From an uncultured Holophagales bacterium (GTDB lineage Bacteria > Acidobacteriota > Thermoanaerobaculia > Multivoradales > UBA5704): a DNA stretch of 64,000 nt. The notes under the pieces were generated by a model that worked only from the letters and a program-made list of their open reading frames with translations, did no database searches and had not been told where the DNA came from. This document shows, in pieces, positions 9,469-20,630 of this stretch. The stretch is from positions 832,001 to 896,000 of the forward strand of contig CAWJGT010000009.1 of the NCBI GenBank assembly GCA_963842525.1, given 5' to 3'. The position numbers and the translations under genes were made by a program. Within the stretch, counting starts at the first letter, position 1. Each line of letters opens with the position of its first letter.

Positions 9469-10675
9469 CTGGCGTCTCCTTGAGGAGCTGACCGGCGATG
9501 ACCAGCTTCTGGACCTCGCTGGTCCCTTCGTAGATCCGCAGGGCACGGACTTCGCGGTACAGGCGCTCGACCGGCGCGCCCGCGAGCACGCCGCGCCCGC
9601 CGAGGAGCTGCACGGCGTCGTCGATGACGCGCTGGGCTGTCTCGGTGGAGTAGAGCTTGGCCATGGCCGCCTCGCGCGTGACCCGCGGCGCGCCCGCGTC
9701 CCGCGTCCAGGCCGCGCGATAGACCAGGAGCGCGCTGGCGTCCACACCGACGGCCATGTCCGCCAGCCGCGCCTGGGTGAGCTGCAGGTCGGCGAGAGGC
9801 TTGCCGAAAACCTTTCTTTTGCGCGCGTGGCTCACCGCTTCGTCCAGGGCGCGGCGGGCGAAGCCGAGCGCCGCGGCCCCTACGGTGGAGCGGAACACGT
9901 CCAGCGTGCCGAGCGCGATCCGCAGCCCGCGGCCGGGCTCGCCGATCAGGGCCGAGGCGGGCACACGGCAGCGCTCGAAGCGGATCGTGCCCAGCGGGTG
10001 CGGCGCCATCAGGTCGAGCCGCGCGGTCACGGTCAAGCCGGGGTTGTCCGCTTCCACTACGAAGGCTCCGAAACCTTTTTCTCCCAGCTCGGGCATGCGG
10101 CAGAAGGCCACGTAGACGTCCGCGAGCCCCGCGTTGGAGATCCAGGTCTTCTCGCCATCGATCACATATCCCGCCCCGTCGCGGTGGGCGGTCGTGGTCA
10201 TGGCGCCGACGTCGGAGCCGGCCTCGGCCTCGGACAGCGCGAACGCCGGGATGGCTTCTCCGGAGGCGACCTTCGGCAGCCACTGCCGGCGCTGCTCCTC
10301 CGAGCCGAAGAGGGAGATGGGACCGCTGCCCAGGCCCTGGAGAGCGAAGACGAAGTCGGCGAGGCCGGAGGTCCGGGCCAGGGTCTCGCGGATCAGGCAG
10401 AGCGAGCGGACGTCGAGCCTGTTCCCGACTGCATACCGCAGCCAGCCGCCGGATGCGAGACGGCGGACGAGCTCGCGGCAGGTGCCGTCGAGGGACCCCT
10501 CACCCCCCTGGCCCCCCTCTCCCATCCCCTCCGCCTCCTTTTCTCCTCCCGGGAGGGGGGGCGATGGGAGAGGGAGGGGTCCGATCTCGCGCTCCGTCCA
10601 CTCCGCCAGCTCGCGGGCGAGAACGCGGTGCGCCTCATCGAAGAACGGCCAGGAAAGAAAGGTTTCGTCTGCCAT
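9461..10675 (-). CDS. Acyl-CoA dehydrogenase
   Basis: [12 protein letters not shown] start; [31 protein letters not shown]. Confidence 0.93.
   Translation of the reverse strand: MADETFLSWPFFDEAHRVLARELAEWTEREIGPLPLPSPPLPGGEKEAEGMGEGGQGGEGSLDGTCRELVRRLASGGWLRYAVGNRLDVRSLCLIRETLARTSGLADFVFALQGLGSGPISLFGSEEQRRQWLPKVASGEAIPAFALSEAEAGSDVGAMTTTAHRDGAGYVIDGEKTWISNAGLADVYVAFCRMPELGEKGFGAFVVEADNPGLTVTARLDLMAPHPLGTIRFERCRVPASALIGEPGRGLRIALGTLDVFRSTVGAAALGFARRALDEAVSHARKRKVFGKPLADLQLTQARLADMAVGVDASALLVYRAAWTRDAGAPRVTREAAMAKLYSTETAQRVIDDAVQLLGGRGVLAGAPVERLYREVRALRIYEGTSEVQKLVIAGQLLKETPDA
10496..10579. repeat. REP-like palindrome inserted in frame in the acyl-CoA dehydrogenase
   Basis: CCCCTCACCCCCCTGGCCCCCCTCTCCCATC...GATGGGAGAGGG, same family as 11560-11703; encodes [28 protein letters not shown]. 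Confidence 0.8.
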
Positions 10676-11508
10676 CAATCGCCCTGGAAGACCGGCTTTT
10701 CCCTGGCAACGAACGCCCGGTAGGCGCGGGCGAAATCCTCGGTCTGCATGCAGATCGCCTGGGCCTGGGCCTCGGCCTCGATGGCCTCGTCGACCCCCAT
10801 CGACCACTCCTGGTGGAGGGCCTTCTTGGTCATGGAATGGGCGAAGCTGGGGCCCTTGGCGAGAGAGGCGGCCAGGGTCTGGGCTTCCGCGAGGAGCTGC
10901 TCCGGCTCCACCAGCCGGTTGTAGAACCCCCAACGCTCCGCCTCGGGTCCCTCCATGAACCGCCCGGTATAGAGCAGCTCGCTGGCCCGGCCCTGTCCGA
11001 CGATGCGTGGCAGCATGGCGCAGGCTCCCATGTCCGCGCCGGAGAGGCCGACCTTGACGAAGAGGAAAGCGACCCGGCTGCGCGCCGTGCCAAGCCGCAT
11101 GTCCGAGGCCATGGCAAGGATTGCGCCCGCGCCCACGCACATGCCGTCGATGGCCGTGATGATCGGCTGCGGGCAGGCGCGCATCGTGCGGACCAGCTCG
11201 CCGGTCAGCCGCGTGAAGGCGAGGAGCTTGTCCATCCGTTTCTCCTCGCGCCATTGGACCAGCGGGCCGATGATGTCGTGGACGTCGCCTCCCGAGCAGA
11301 AGTCTTCACCTGCGCCGGTCAGCACCACGGCCCGCACCTCGTCCACACGGCGAAGACGGTCGAACGTGTCGGACAGCTCGCGGTAGGACTCGAAGGTGAG
11401 CGGGTTCTTGCGTTCCGGACGCGACAGCGTGATGGTCGCGACCCGCCCCTCGACGCTCCAGGCGAAGCTCGTCGGGCGGATGTCTTCTACAGGGATGCGG
11501 TCTTGCAA
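10675..11508 (-). CDS. Enoyl-CoA hydratase/isomerase family
   Basis: TTG start after GGAGG; [26 protein letters not shown]. Confidence 0.92.
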   Translation of the reverse strand: MQDRIPVEDIRPTSFAWSVEGRVATITLSRPERKNPLTFESYRELSDTFDRLRRVDEVRAVVLTGAGEDFCSGGDVHDIIGPLVQWREEKRMDKLLAFTRLTGELVRTMRACPQPIITAIDGMCVGAGAILAMASDMRLGTARSRVAFLFVKVGLSGADMGACAMLPRIVGQGRASELLYTGRFMEGPEAERWGFYNRLVEPEQLLAEAQTLAASLAKGPSFAHSMTKKALHQEWSMGVDEAIEAEAQAQAICMQTEDFARAYRAFVAREKPVFQGD

Positions 11509-11559
11509 AGGTGGTCCTCCTGTCTCAGAGGATATCTGGAAATTCCTGCGCGAGCCCTG

Positions 11560-11703
11560 GCCCCTCACCCCCGGCCCCTCTCCCATCCGCACTCCCTTCC
11601 CCCGGGAGAGGGGAGAAATGCATGATCAGGAAGCTCCTGGGTGGGGGCTCCCCTCGCCCGGGCGGGTGTGAGTGCGGATGGGAGAGGGGCCGGGGGTGAG
11701 GGC
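11560..11703. repeat. Intergenic REP-like inverted repeat pair
   Basis: CCCTCACCCCCGGCCCCTCTCCCATCCGCACTC and its exact reverse complement ending at ~11702. Confidence 0.85.
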
Positions 11704-11737
11704 CCTGCCGGCCGCCTCAACCTTTCCAAACACCCTC

Positions 11738-14035
<2,298 letters not shown>

Positions 14036-14163
14036 GGCGCGGAGTCTAGCAAAGGGGGGCTCATCCTGGTAGGCCGGCTTGTCGCCTTTATGTCAACACA
14101 AGTGGCGTGGTTGACTGCCATCTCCACGCGGGCTAACCTGTAGGCGGCCTGAGGACTCTAAAG

Positions 14164-14654
14164 ATGACGAAGCGCGCCGCAGCCGAATTCATCCCACTGG
14201 AAGCCGACTCGCAGGGGGTTCTGCGAATCTCTGGGACGCATGTGACTCTGGAGTCGGTGGTGGCGGTGTATAGGACCGGCAGAACGGCCGAGCAGATTGC
14301 CGAGCTGTACTCGTCTCTCCAGCTAGCGGATATCTATGCCGTGCTGACCTATTACCTGCGCCACCAAGAGGAGGTCGAGACATACATCCGGCGGCATCAT
14401 CGCCAAGTCGATCCCGCCTTTATGATTGATCAGGTAGCGAGCGAGCGATCAGAGCCTCCTAGCCCGTAAATACGGGGGTCAGGAGCTTTCTGCTAATGAT
14501 CAGGAGCGGCTTGAAGCGCTCACCGCAAGACTCAAGGATGCTTTACCGCCTGTCTCCTTTGACGACCTCAAGGTCCTCCTGGAAATGACGGAAGAAGTGG
14601 AGAGCATCCGCGAGCGCGCCCGCGAGCGTCGGCAGCGTCTCGGGTTGAGATAGG
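14164..14654 (+). CDS. DUF433-domain protein, apparently frameshifted near 14450
   Basis: GVLRISGTHVTLESVV..TAEQIAELYSSLQLADIYAVLTYY; another frame continues SLLARKYGG..RQRLGLR* to 14654. Confidence 0.65.
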
Positions 14655-14659
14655 CGGAA

Positions 14660-15304
14660 ATGGACGATCTTATCGAGTCGCTGCTCTTTCCGAGACAGCG
14701 CCAGGAGCGGGGTCACGATCCAGGCCCTTTCAGCGACCATCGCCTCTACAAACCACATCTCCAGAGGGGATTCCGAAGGAAGTGCGTTTATTGCCGCGTC
14801 TCGGATGGGCTGAAAGGTTATGAGGGTTTCGGCGTCGATCACTACCTACCCAAATCCAAGTTCCCCGCTCTCACAGCAGAATGGTCAAACCTCTTGTATG
14901 CCTGTAACGTCTGCAACACCTGGAAGGGTGAGTCCGTATCCACTCCTGAACGATTCCTTCCCAACCCTTGTGTGCATACAATGGCGGATCACCTCCAATA
15001 CCAAGGAGCCGATATCGAGACCTACACGCCGCATGGAGAATGGCTGGCGGAGTTGCTCCATCTCGCGGAGCGACGAGAGCTACGAGAGCTTATCTTCGCC
15101 ACCCTCGGCCAGTTCCTCAGGACTCGCAACGAGCTCCTTCGGGATCTGACTACCTATGAAGCCCAGCTCGATGAGGATCCGGACGCAAAGGAGCGGAGCG
15201 CAATTCAGGTCGCAATTCAGGAAAGTACGGAAGAACTGGCGCGGGTGAGCCGATATATCGAGCTCATCACCGGAGAGCCGGTTGCTGCGGAACGGGGCGG
15301 CTGA
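14660..15304 (+). CDS. HNH endonuclease
   Basis: CVYC..VDHYLPKS..WSNLLYACNVCNTWK. Confidence 0.88.
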   Translation: MDDLIESLLFPRQRQERGHDPGPFSDHRLYKPHLQRGFRRKCVYCRVSDGLKGYEGFGVDHYLPKSKFPALTAEWSNLLYACNVCNTWKGESVSTPERFLPNPCVHTMADHLQYQGADIETYTPHGEWLAELLHLAERRELRELIFATLGQFLRTRNELLRDLTTYEAQLDEDPDAKERSAIQVAIQESTEELARVSRYIELITGEPVAAERGG

Positions 15305-15539
15305 CGGGGCCAGATCCAGCGGCGGACACGCGCCGGAGAATCGTCTGGCGCCTCCACCGCCTGGCCTGCCTACCGCAGTGGGGGTATAATAAGGGCGCGA
15401 TGAAACGGGAAAAAGAACAGATCCTCGCTATCCTGCCTACACGGCCGGCTTCACCTTTCCCCAGGCGATCGGCTGACGTTCTGAACGGTGCTGCGCCAGA
15501 AGCGGCTGCGGCGTTGTCGCTCGAGGAAATTGGGGGCCC

Positions 15540-15845
15540 ATCCAGAGTCCGTGGAACCACGCCAGGAAATTTGGACCGCGTCCAGAGCTCTGTGGAACCG
15601 ATTCAGGGTCACGCTGCATCGATCCAGGAAATTTGGAAGGCGTACAGAAATTTTGGAAGCGATCCCAAAAATTTGGAACGGGTCCAGAATTTTTTGGAAC
15701 CGCTTCCGCGTTTCGCTGTATCGATCCAGAAAATTTGGAACGCGTACAGAAATTTTGGAAGCGATCTCAAAGATTTGGAACCGGTCCAGAAAATTTGGAA
15801 CGCGTCCAGAACCCCGGGAATCGATCCCGCGTCATCCGGATCTCG
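15540..15845. repeat. Tandem array of 20-21-bp units with a ~102-bp higher-order repeat
   Basis: About 13 units of type CCAGAAAATTTGGAACGCGT with a TCCA..TGGA dyad; AT-rich relative to flanks. Confidence 0.85.
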
Positions 15846-15887
15846 TTCAGGCACCCTCCGAACGATGAAATGTAACGCCTCTTCGGA

Positions 15888-17249
15888 TCACGGAGTTCCC
15901 GATCCAGAGAAGAGGAGCGGCTCGGCATCTTCCGCAACTCCGGGGAAGCGCGCGTCGGGATCGTGGCGTGCCCTCAGGAGGAAAGCGGCAACCTGGCGGG
16001 CCAGACCGGCGTTGGCCGCCTCGGTGAGCGCCGCGTTCTGGAAGACCGCCAAGGCGGCGAGCGCCTCGCGGTGCACCTCCTGGGAGAGGAAGATCGGGAC
16101 CATCCCACGGACAAGGTCCTTGACCTCGGCGGTCTGCCCTTCCTCGTCATAGAGGGCTGCCAGCTCCAGCGCCGCGAGGGAGGCATCATAAGCCATCCCC
16201 CTGTCCAGAAACGCGCGCCAGACCTCATCGAGCATCCGGACCGCCTCCCTCCGCTCGCCGGTGCCAGCCGCGACCCGCCCCTCCGTCCATCTCAACCGGG
16301 CCAGATCCAGGGCATTTTCCAGCTCCCGACAGAGCCCCTGGACGCCGGGAAGAAGCTCCCTGGCTTCTTCGAACCGGCCAAGCGTTGTCAGATTCCAGAC
16401 GAGGTTGTGCCGGCAACACAGGAGGAGGCGAGGATCACGGCCTGGGTCTATGAGGTGGACAGCCTCCTTCAACAGCTCGACCGCCGCTTCCGGCTGCTCG
16501 GCGTCCGCGAAGGCGAATGCCTTCTTGACCATGGCCCGCCCTGCCAGATGTGGATCTCGCTGCTCCGGTCTCCCTTCCTTATAGATATGGATCACGCGGT
16601 CCAGCAGGCCCAGAGCCTCGGGAAACCGCCGCTGAGCGATTCGTAGCGAGGCTTGCAGGTCCCAGAGGACCGGCCGATAGCCGAGGGCATCCTCTTCCCG
16701 ATCAGCCCAGAATCGGTCCGAAACGGCGTCAGCCTCTTCGGCGCTCCGGAGCTCGCCAAGCACCCGGCGGGCGTTAGCGAGGTAGATCCAGGCGAGAGAC
16801 CGGACCTCGTCGAGCCAATCTTCCTCGAAGGGTTTGCCCGCTTCGAGGCGATCAGCAACAGCCACCGCCAGCTCCGCGATCTCGACTGCCAGGACGACCT
16901 CGCTAGCTGCGATGGCTTCGCTCTTCTGAGCGAGAAGCTCGCACAAGCCCAGGCTTCGGAACCGGGGCTCGTGATCGATCCGGACGAGTTGCTCGTTCAA
17001 AGAGAGGCCGGAGAGTTCCTCCCAGAGGGTCGGCGCCTCAGCTCTCGATTGCGCGAGTTCCACATCGAGCCGCCCGAAGACGGCCGGGAGGTGACCCGCC
17101 CGATGGAGGTCCAGGATGTAGCCGCCCACCTCCGAGCACTGCGGGCAGACCTCCAGTCGGTGCAACAGGGACGCACAGCGATCCGCCTCGGTCTCCTCGC
17201 CGGCCAGCCATTGCTCCAGAGCCTCCGGGCTCAGGTGCCGCTCGTTCAC
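15888..17249 (-). CDS. TPR-repeat protein with N-terminal zinc-binding (anti-sigma-like) motif
   Basis: GTG start after AAGGAG; HLSPEALEQW..HRLEVCPQC then TPR-like helices (LANARRVLGELRSAE, RFPEALGLLDR, LGRFEEARELL). Confidence 0.85.
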   Translation of the reverse strand: MNERHLSPEALEQWLAGEETEADRCASLLHRLEVCPQCSEVGGYILDLHRAGHLPAVFGRLDVELAQSRAEAPTLWEELSGLSLNEQLVRIDHEPRFRSLGLCELLAQKSEAIAASEVVLAVEIAELAVAVADRLEAGKPFEEDWLDEVRSLAWIYLANARRVLGELRSAEEADAVSDRFWADREEDALGYRPVLWDLQASLRIAQRRFPEALGLLDRVIHIYKEGRPEQRDPHLAGRAMVKKAFAFADAEQPEAAVELLKEAVHLIDPGRDPRLLLCCRHNLVWNLTTLGRFEEARELLPGVQGLCRELENALDLARLRWTEGRVAAGTGERREAVRMLDEVWRAFLDRGMAYDASLAALELAALYDEEGQTAEVKDLVRGMVPIFLSQEVHREALAALAVFQNAALTEAANAGLARQVAAFLLRARHDPDARFPGVAEDAEPLLFSGSGTP

Positions 17250-17332
17250 GCGCTTCTCCTTTCGGACCAATGCTTACGACACTTCGTATCCTACACCGGA
17301 GTTTGCGCGATACGTCTAGGCATGCCGGCATT

Positions 17333-17605
17333 CTAGCCATGCGGGTCCAACTGGCCGCCGTTGTCGCCCGTCACGCCGCTCGGGTCCAACTGCCCGCCGT
17401 TGTCGCCCGTGATGCCATCGGGATCGAGCTGGCCGCCGTTCTGGCTCCAGACGGCGGTGAGCAGGTTACACACCTGCTCGAAGAAGCCGGGGTCCGCGGT
17501 CCTGCCGGAATCCTGGAAGAGGGGGAGAGCTTGGGCGAGCCCAGGTGAGAGAAGAGCTGCCAGGGCGAGAGCTGCGATCGTACGGCCCGTCTTGGGAGGC
17601 AACAT
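17333..17605 (-). CDS. Secreted small peptide with three NGGQLDPxG repeats
   Basis: 90 aa, AGGAG RBS, signal peptide ending LAQA, 39-bp DNA repeats at the C-terminus. Confidence 0.8.
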   Translation of the reverse strand: MLPPKTGRTIAALALAALLSPGLAQALPLFQDSGRTADPGFFEQVCNLLTAVWSQNGGQLDPDGITGDNGGQLDPSGVTGDNGGQLDPHG

Positions 17606-17808
17606 GGCAAGGCTCCTAGGAAGCGGCTGCGCCTCACCGCCGCCACGGCCGCGAGCGAGCCGCCCTCAAGAACGTGAGTGCCCCGGCAGCGCGACAACGA
17701 TCCTCGAAGCAAAGTCATGGAGGGGGCAGTTTTCCGGCGGGGGCGTGGTGAGAGTCCCTGGGAAAGCGGGCGGGGCGCCCGCCCTCCCAAGGAACAAGCA
17801 TATTGATG

Positions 17809-17874
17809 AATGGCCATGACATCAGGACCGTCCAGGAGCTCCTGGGGCACCAGAGCGTCAAGACGACGATGTAG
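17809..17874 (+). pseudogene. C-terminal remnant of a tyrosine recombinase (integron-integrase-like)
   Basis: Translates [21 protein letters not shown]. Confidence 0.7.
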
Positions 17875-18334
17875 GCCCGCAAGCGTGCTGCGGCTTGCGC
17901 GCTTGTTGCAGCGATACGCCATCGTGGTTGAGAAGGGGGGGAGCATTGGCATCATTGATCGAGGTCTCCCCGACGCCATCTCTCGCCTCATTCAGGATGG
18001 AGGCATGACGCTGGCCGACGCAATGGTGTTCGTCAGCGTCGTGATTCCGACTGATTTGCCAGCGTTAAACATTCGCCTCGACATTCAGCCGAAGCTCGCG
18101 TTCGATCGCGTCTTAAGTCGTGGCAAGCAGTTCTCGGCGAGTGAAGCACGCGGAATGTCCTACCTTCAAAATCGTCACGCGGCCCTCAGTGATGTATTTG
18201 GAGTCCTCGATACGCTCGGCCGAGATGTCGCAATTCTCGATGCTCGGCAACCACTCAAAGAGCTACATGCGAGCGCTTTTTCACGTATAGATGCTTGGCT
18301 AAAACGATCCAATTGGGTACCAGCCGAATCTTAA
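17875..18334 (+). pseudogene. 5'-truncated thymidylate-kinase-like protein
   Basis: IIDRG and RLDIQPKLAFDRVLSRG resemble the dTMP kinase C-terminal half; no P-loop present. Confidence 0.45.
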
Positions 18335-18457
18335 TCGCACCCAGATGCCTGAATGCCGCGGCGAGATGCGGGAGGGTCGGCCAGCTTGCATTCGCTCTCT
18401 CGGAGCGCTTGGGCGAGCTGCGGGGGCCTCCAGATCTCCAAGAATCCGCTTGGCGGA

Positions 18458-20116
18458 TCAACCTTGAATGGATCTCCCGGGAACATGGTTTCGCAGGACT
18501 AAATCGAGGCATTGGGTAAACTGAGAACGAAAGCTTTCACCCGGTACCGGCGAAAACAAAAAATAATAACGTTCACCGTGTATAGCCTTATAATCGATCA
18601 TGTTGGTGCCGTCTTCGATCAAAACACCATAGGATAGACGCAAGGCGCTGGCGACTCCAAGTTCCCAAAGTAACCAAGGCGAGCACCGACTACTTCCCAC
18701 ATCCTTTTCTGATGGTGCCCAAATTCCTATAAAGTGTGTGGCCTGCGAAATACGGCCTAAAACCTCATCGCGAACTACTGGCTGCTCTTTCGTACCTCGA
18801 ACCAAATCAAATGCGATCCCCCTAGCCTTGCAACATTCACGCGCGATATCTATGCGAGCTTCATTGATTTTTGAAAACTCTACAGACAGAAATACCGTCG
18901 GCCTTATCTGGCCACGAGCCGTGCGAACCTTTCGAATGCCATGAAGCAATGCAGCCTTAGAGACCTGAGCAGCCTCTGCATCTCCCGCCGGGACATCGCG
19001 CTGGGATTGCTCCAAAGAGAGTTCCTTCTCTGCCAACCATTCATGCACTCCTACCTGCCGCGCCAAAAGCCACACAGCCGCAGGCGCATCTTTCCCGGGA
19101 GGAGTACGCATTTCATCCTTCACTATCTCCTTGTCAAAAAATGTAGTTGATGCATAAACCTCAAGAGCCCCCGATTTAAAAAGTGCGGCCACTTCTTTTT
19201 CTCGCCCCCTGTCCTCATCTTCACCTGCGTGTGTCCATTCCTCTCTCGAGAGAATGACCTCGAACCAACTTCTCCCCTGGTGACGCTGGATTCGGTTTAG
19301 AGCAGAAAGTATTGTGATTCCGCCTTGTCTAATCTGATCCGTAATAGCCGACAACGCGCCAGGTCTATCGTTATGTCTGATAGAACACCAAAGAATTTGC
19401 CGATCATTTGGAACTATGGTGATGCGAAATAGGCGTTCCCTTGTATCGGATGAAATGAAATATGTGAGCGGCAAAGAAAGCGCGATAGATCGACCACTTT
19501 GCGGCTGGGTGGACAGCATATGAATTAGCGGCTCCCGGAGAGTTAGGTAGCCATGGTTTGTAAGTTCCTCTTCTTGCACGAGAGTATTGTGACGCGAGCT
19601 GCGCAGTCTCTTGAGCAGTGAGTCTAAGTTACGGAGGGTTGAATTGGGGCGGACGCGAATCCCAAAACCGAACCCCGGTCCCTCCACAATGTGGTCGTTG
19701 CAATCAGCCAAGAGAAGTCCCTCAATTTCACTTGAGAGATCGACTCCAGCTCCTTCGGATTCGCTCAGGCTCGCAAAATCAACTACCAACTCAACGTGAT
19801 GGCGACTCTCTTGATCAGTGGAAGTGCTATCAAGGTTAAGTACATTGCCACCGTGTCGCGAAATGGAAGCCAGGATGGAGTGAAGCACTCCCGGCGCATC
19901 CTTAAGTGCGACAGAGACTAGATATACGGCAGGCCAAGAACTCTGCTGTATAGTTGTCCCAAGAACTTCAGGTAATTGTTTTTTCCCGGTACCGAGTTGG
20001 TGAACTGGAGCTAGAAACACTGTGGTACCTGGAGACAGAGATAGGTGCCCTCGGTGATAAAGCGGTAAGGCAACCTTCCAATCTTCCGTGACTTGCGGCC
20101 AATCTAAAACGAACAT
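18458..20116 (-). CDS. Two ACT-like domains plus C-terminal TIR/nucleoside-deoxyribosyltransferase-like domain, low GC
   Basis: LKDAPGVLHSILASISRHGGNVL and HNDRPGALSAITDQIRQGGITIL; PTVFLSVEF..ISQATHFIGIW..SPWLLWELGVA. Confidence 0.7.
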   Translation of the reverse strand: MFVLDWPQVTEDWKVALPLYHRGHLSLSPGTTVFLAPVHQLGTGKKQLPEVLGTTIQQSSWPAVYLVSVALKDAPGVLHSILASISRHGGNVLNLDSTSTDQESRHHVELVVDFASLSESEGAGVDLSSEIEGLLLADCNDHIVEGPGFGFGIRVRPNSTLRNLDSLLKRLRSSRHNTLVQEEELTNHGYLTLREPLIHMLSTQPQSGRSIALSLPLTYFISSDTRERLFRITIVPNDRQILWCSIRHNDRPGALSAITDQIRQGGITILSALNRIQRHQGRSWFEVILSREEWTHAGEDEDRGREKEVAALFKSGALEVYASTTFFDKEIVKDEMRTPPGKDAPAAVWLLARQVGVHEWLAEKELSLEQSQRDVPAGDAEAAQVSKAALLHGIRKVRTARGQIRPTVFLSVEFSKINEARIDIARECCKARGIAFDLVRGTKEQPVVRDEVLGRISQATHFIGIWAPSEKDVGSSRCSPWLLWELGVASALRLSYGVLIEDGTNMIDYKAIHGERYYFLFSPVPGESFRSQFTQCLDLVLRNHVPGRSIQG

Positions 20117-20630
20117 AGCTCACCACCTTTCTTATCCAACCTCTGCCTCAAGGATTCACCGGCAACCACCACGCAGGTGTATACGACAAGCCCTGCGATT
20201 GTCTCTACTGCCGGTCCGGGCGTCGGGCTTGCAGGATCTTTAGTCTTAGCTTACAGGAGTTTACACCTCTTCCTTATCCACGTCAAGTCCGTGAGGAGCA
20301 CTAGCCGTGGATTCCACGGGAAGTTATTGGCCTAACAGGCCCCGTCCCGAGAGGCCGTGCCTTCAAAGGGAAGCCATAGGCTTCGGCGGTTAGGTCGTTG
20401 GGTGCTCTGATAGGCCAATATGCGCAGTCCCATCCGGGGCGTTTTGGCCCCAAAACGCCCAATAACTCCGAAGAGGGACCGTGCATGGACGCCTATCAGA
20501 GCACCTATCTGGATAACGCATCTCGGTCTCGAACGGCAGTGCTCGGCCCGTGGGGCCCCCTCTGGCGGCGTTAGACGAACTTCTCGCCGTGGAAATCCAG
20601 GCTAGAATAGCAAGAGGGCGAGACCCTACA

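Noticed and set aside
15400-16152. 250-aa repeat-protein ORF over the 20-bp array
   Set aside because: Overlaps the TPR gene antisense and several frames are open; better explained as a by-product of the DNA repeat, though not excluded
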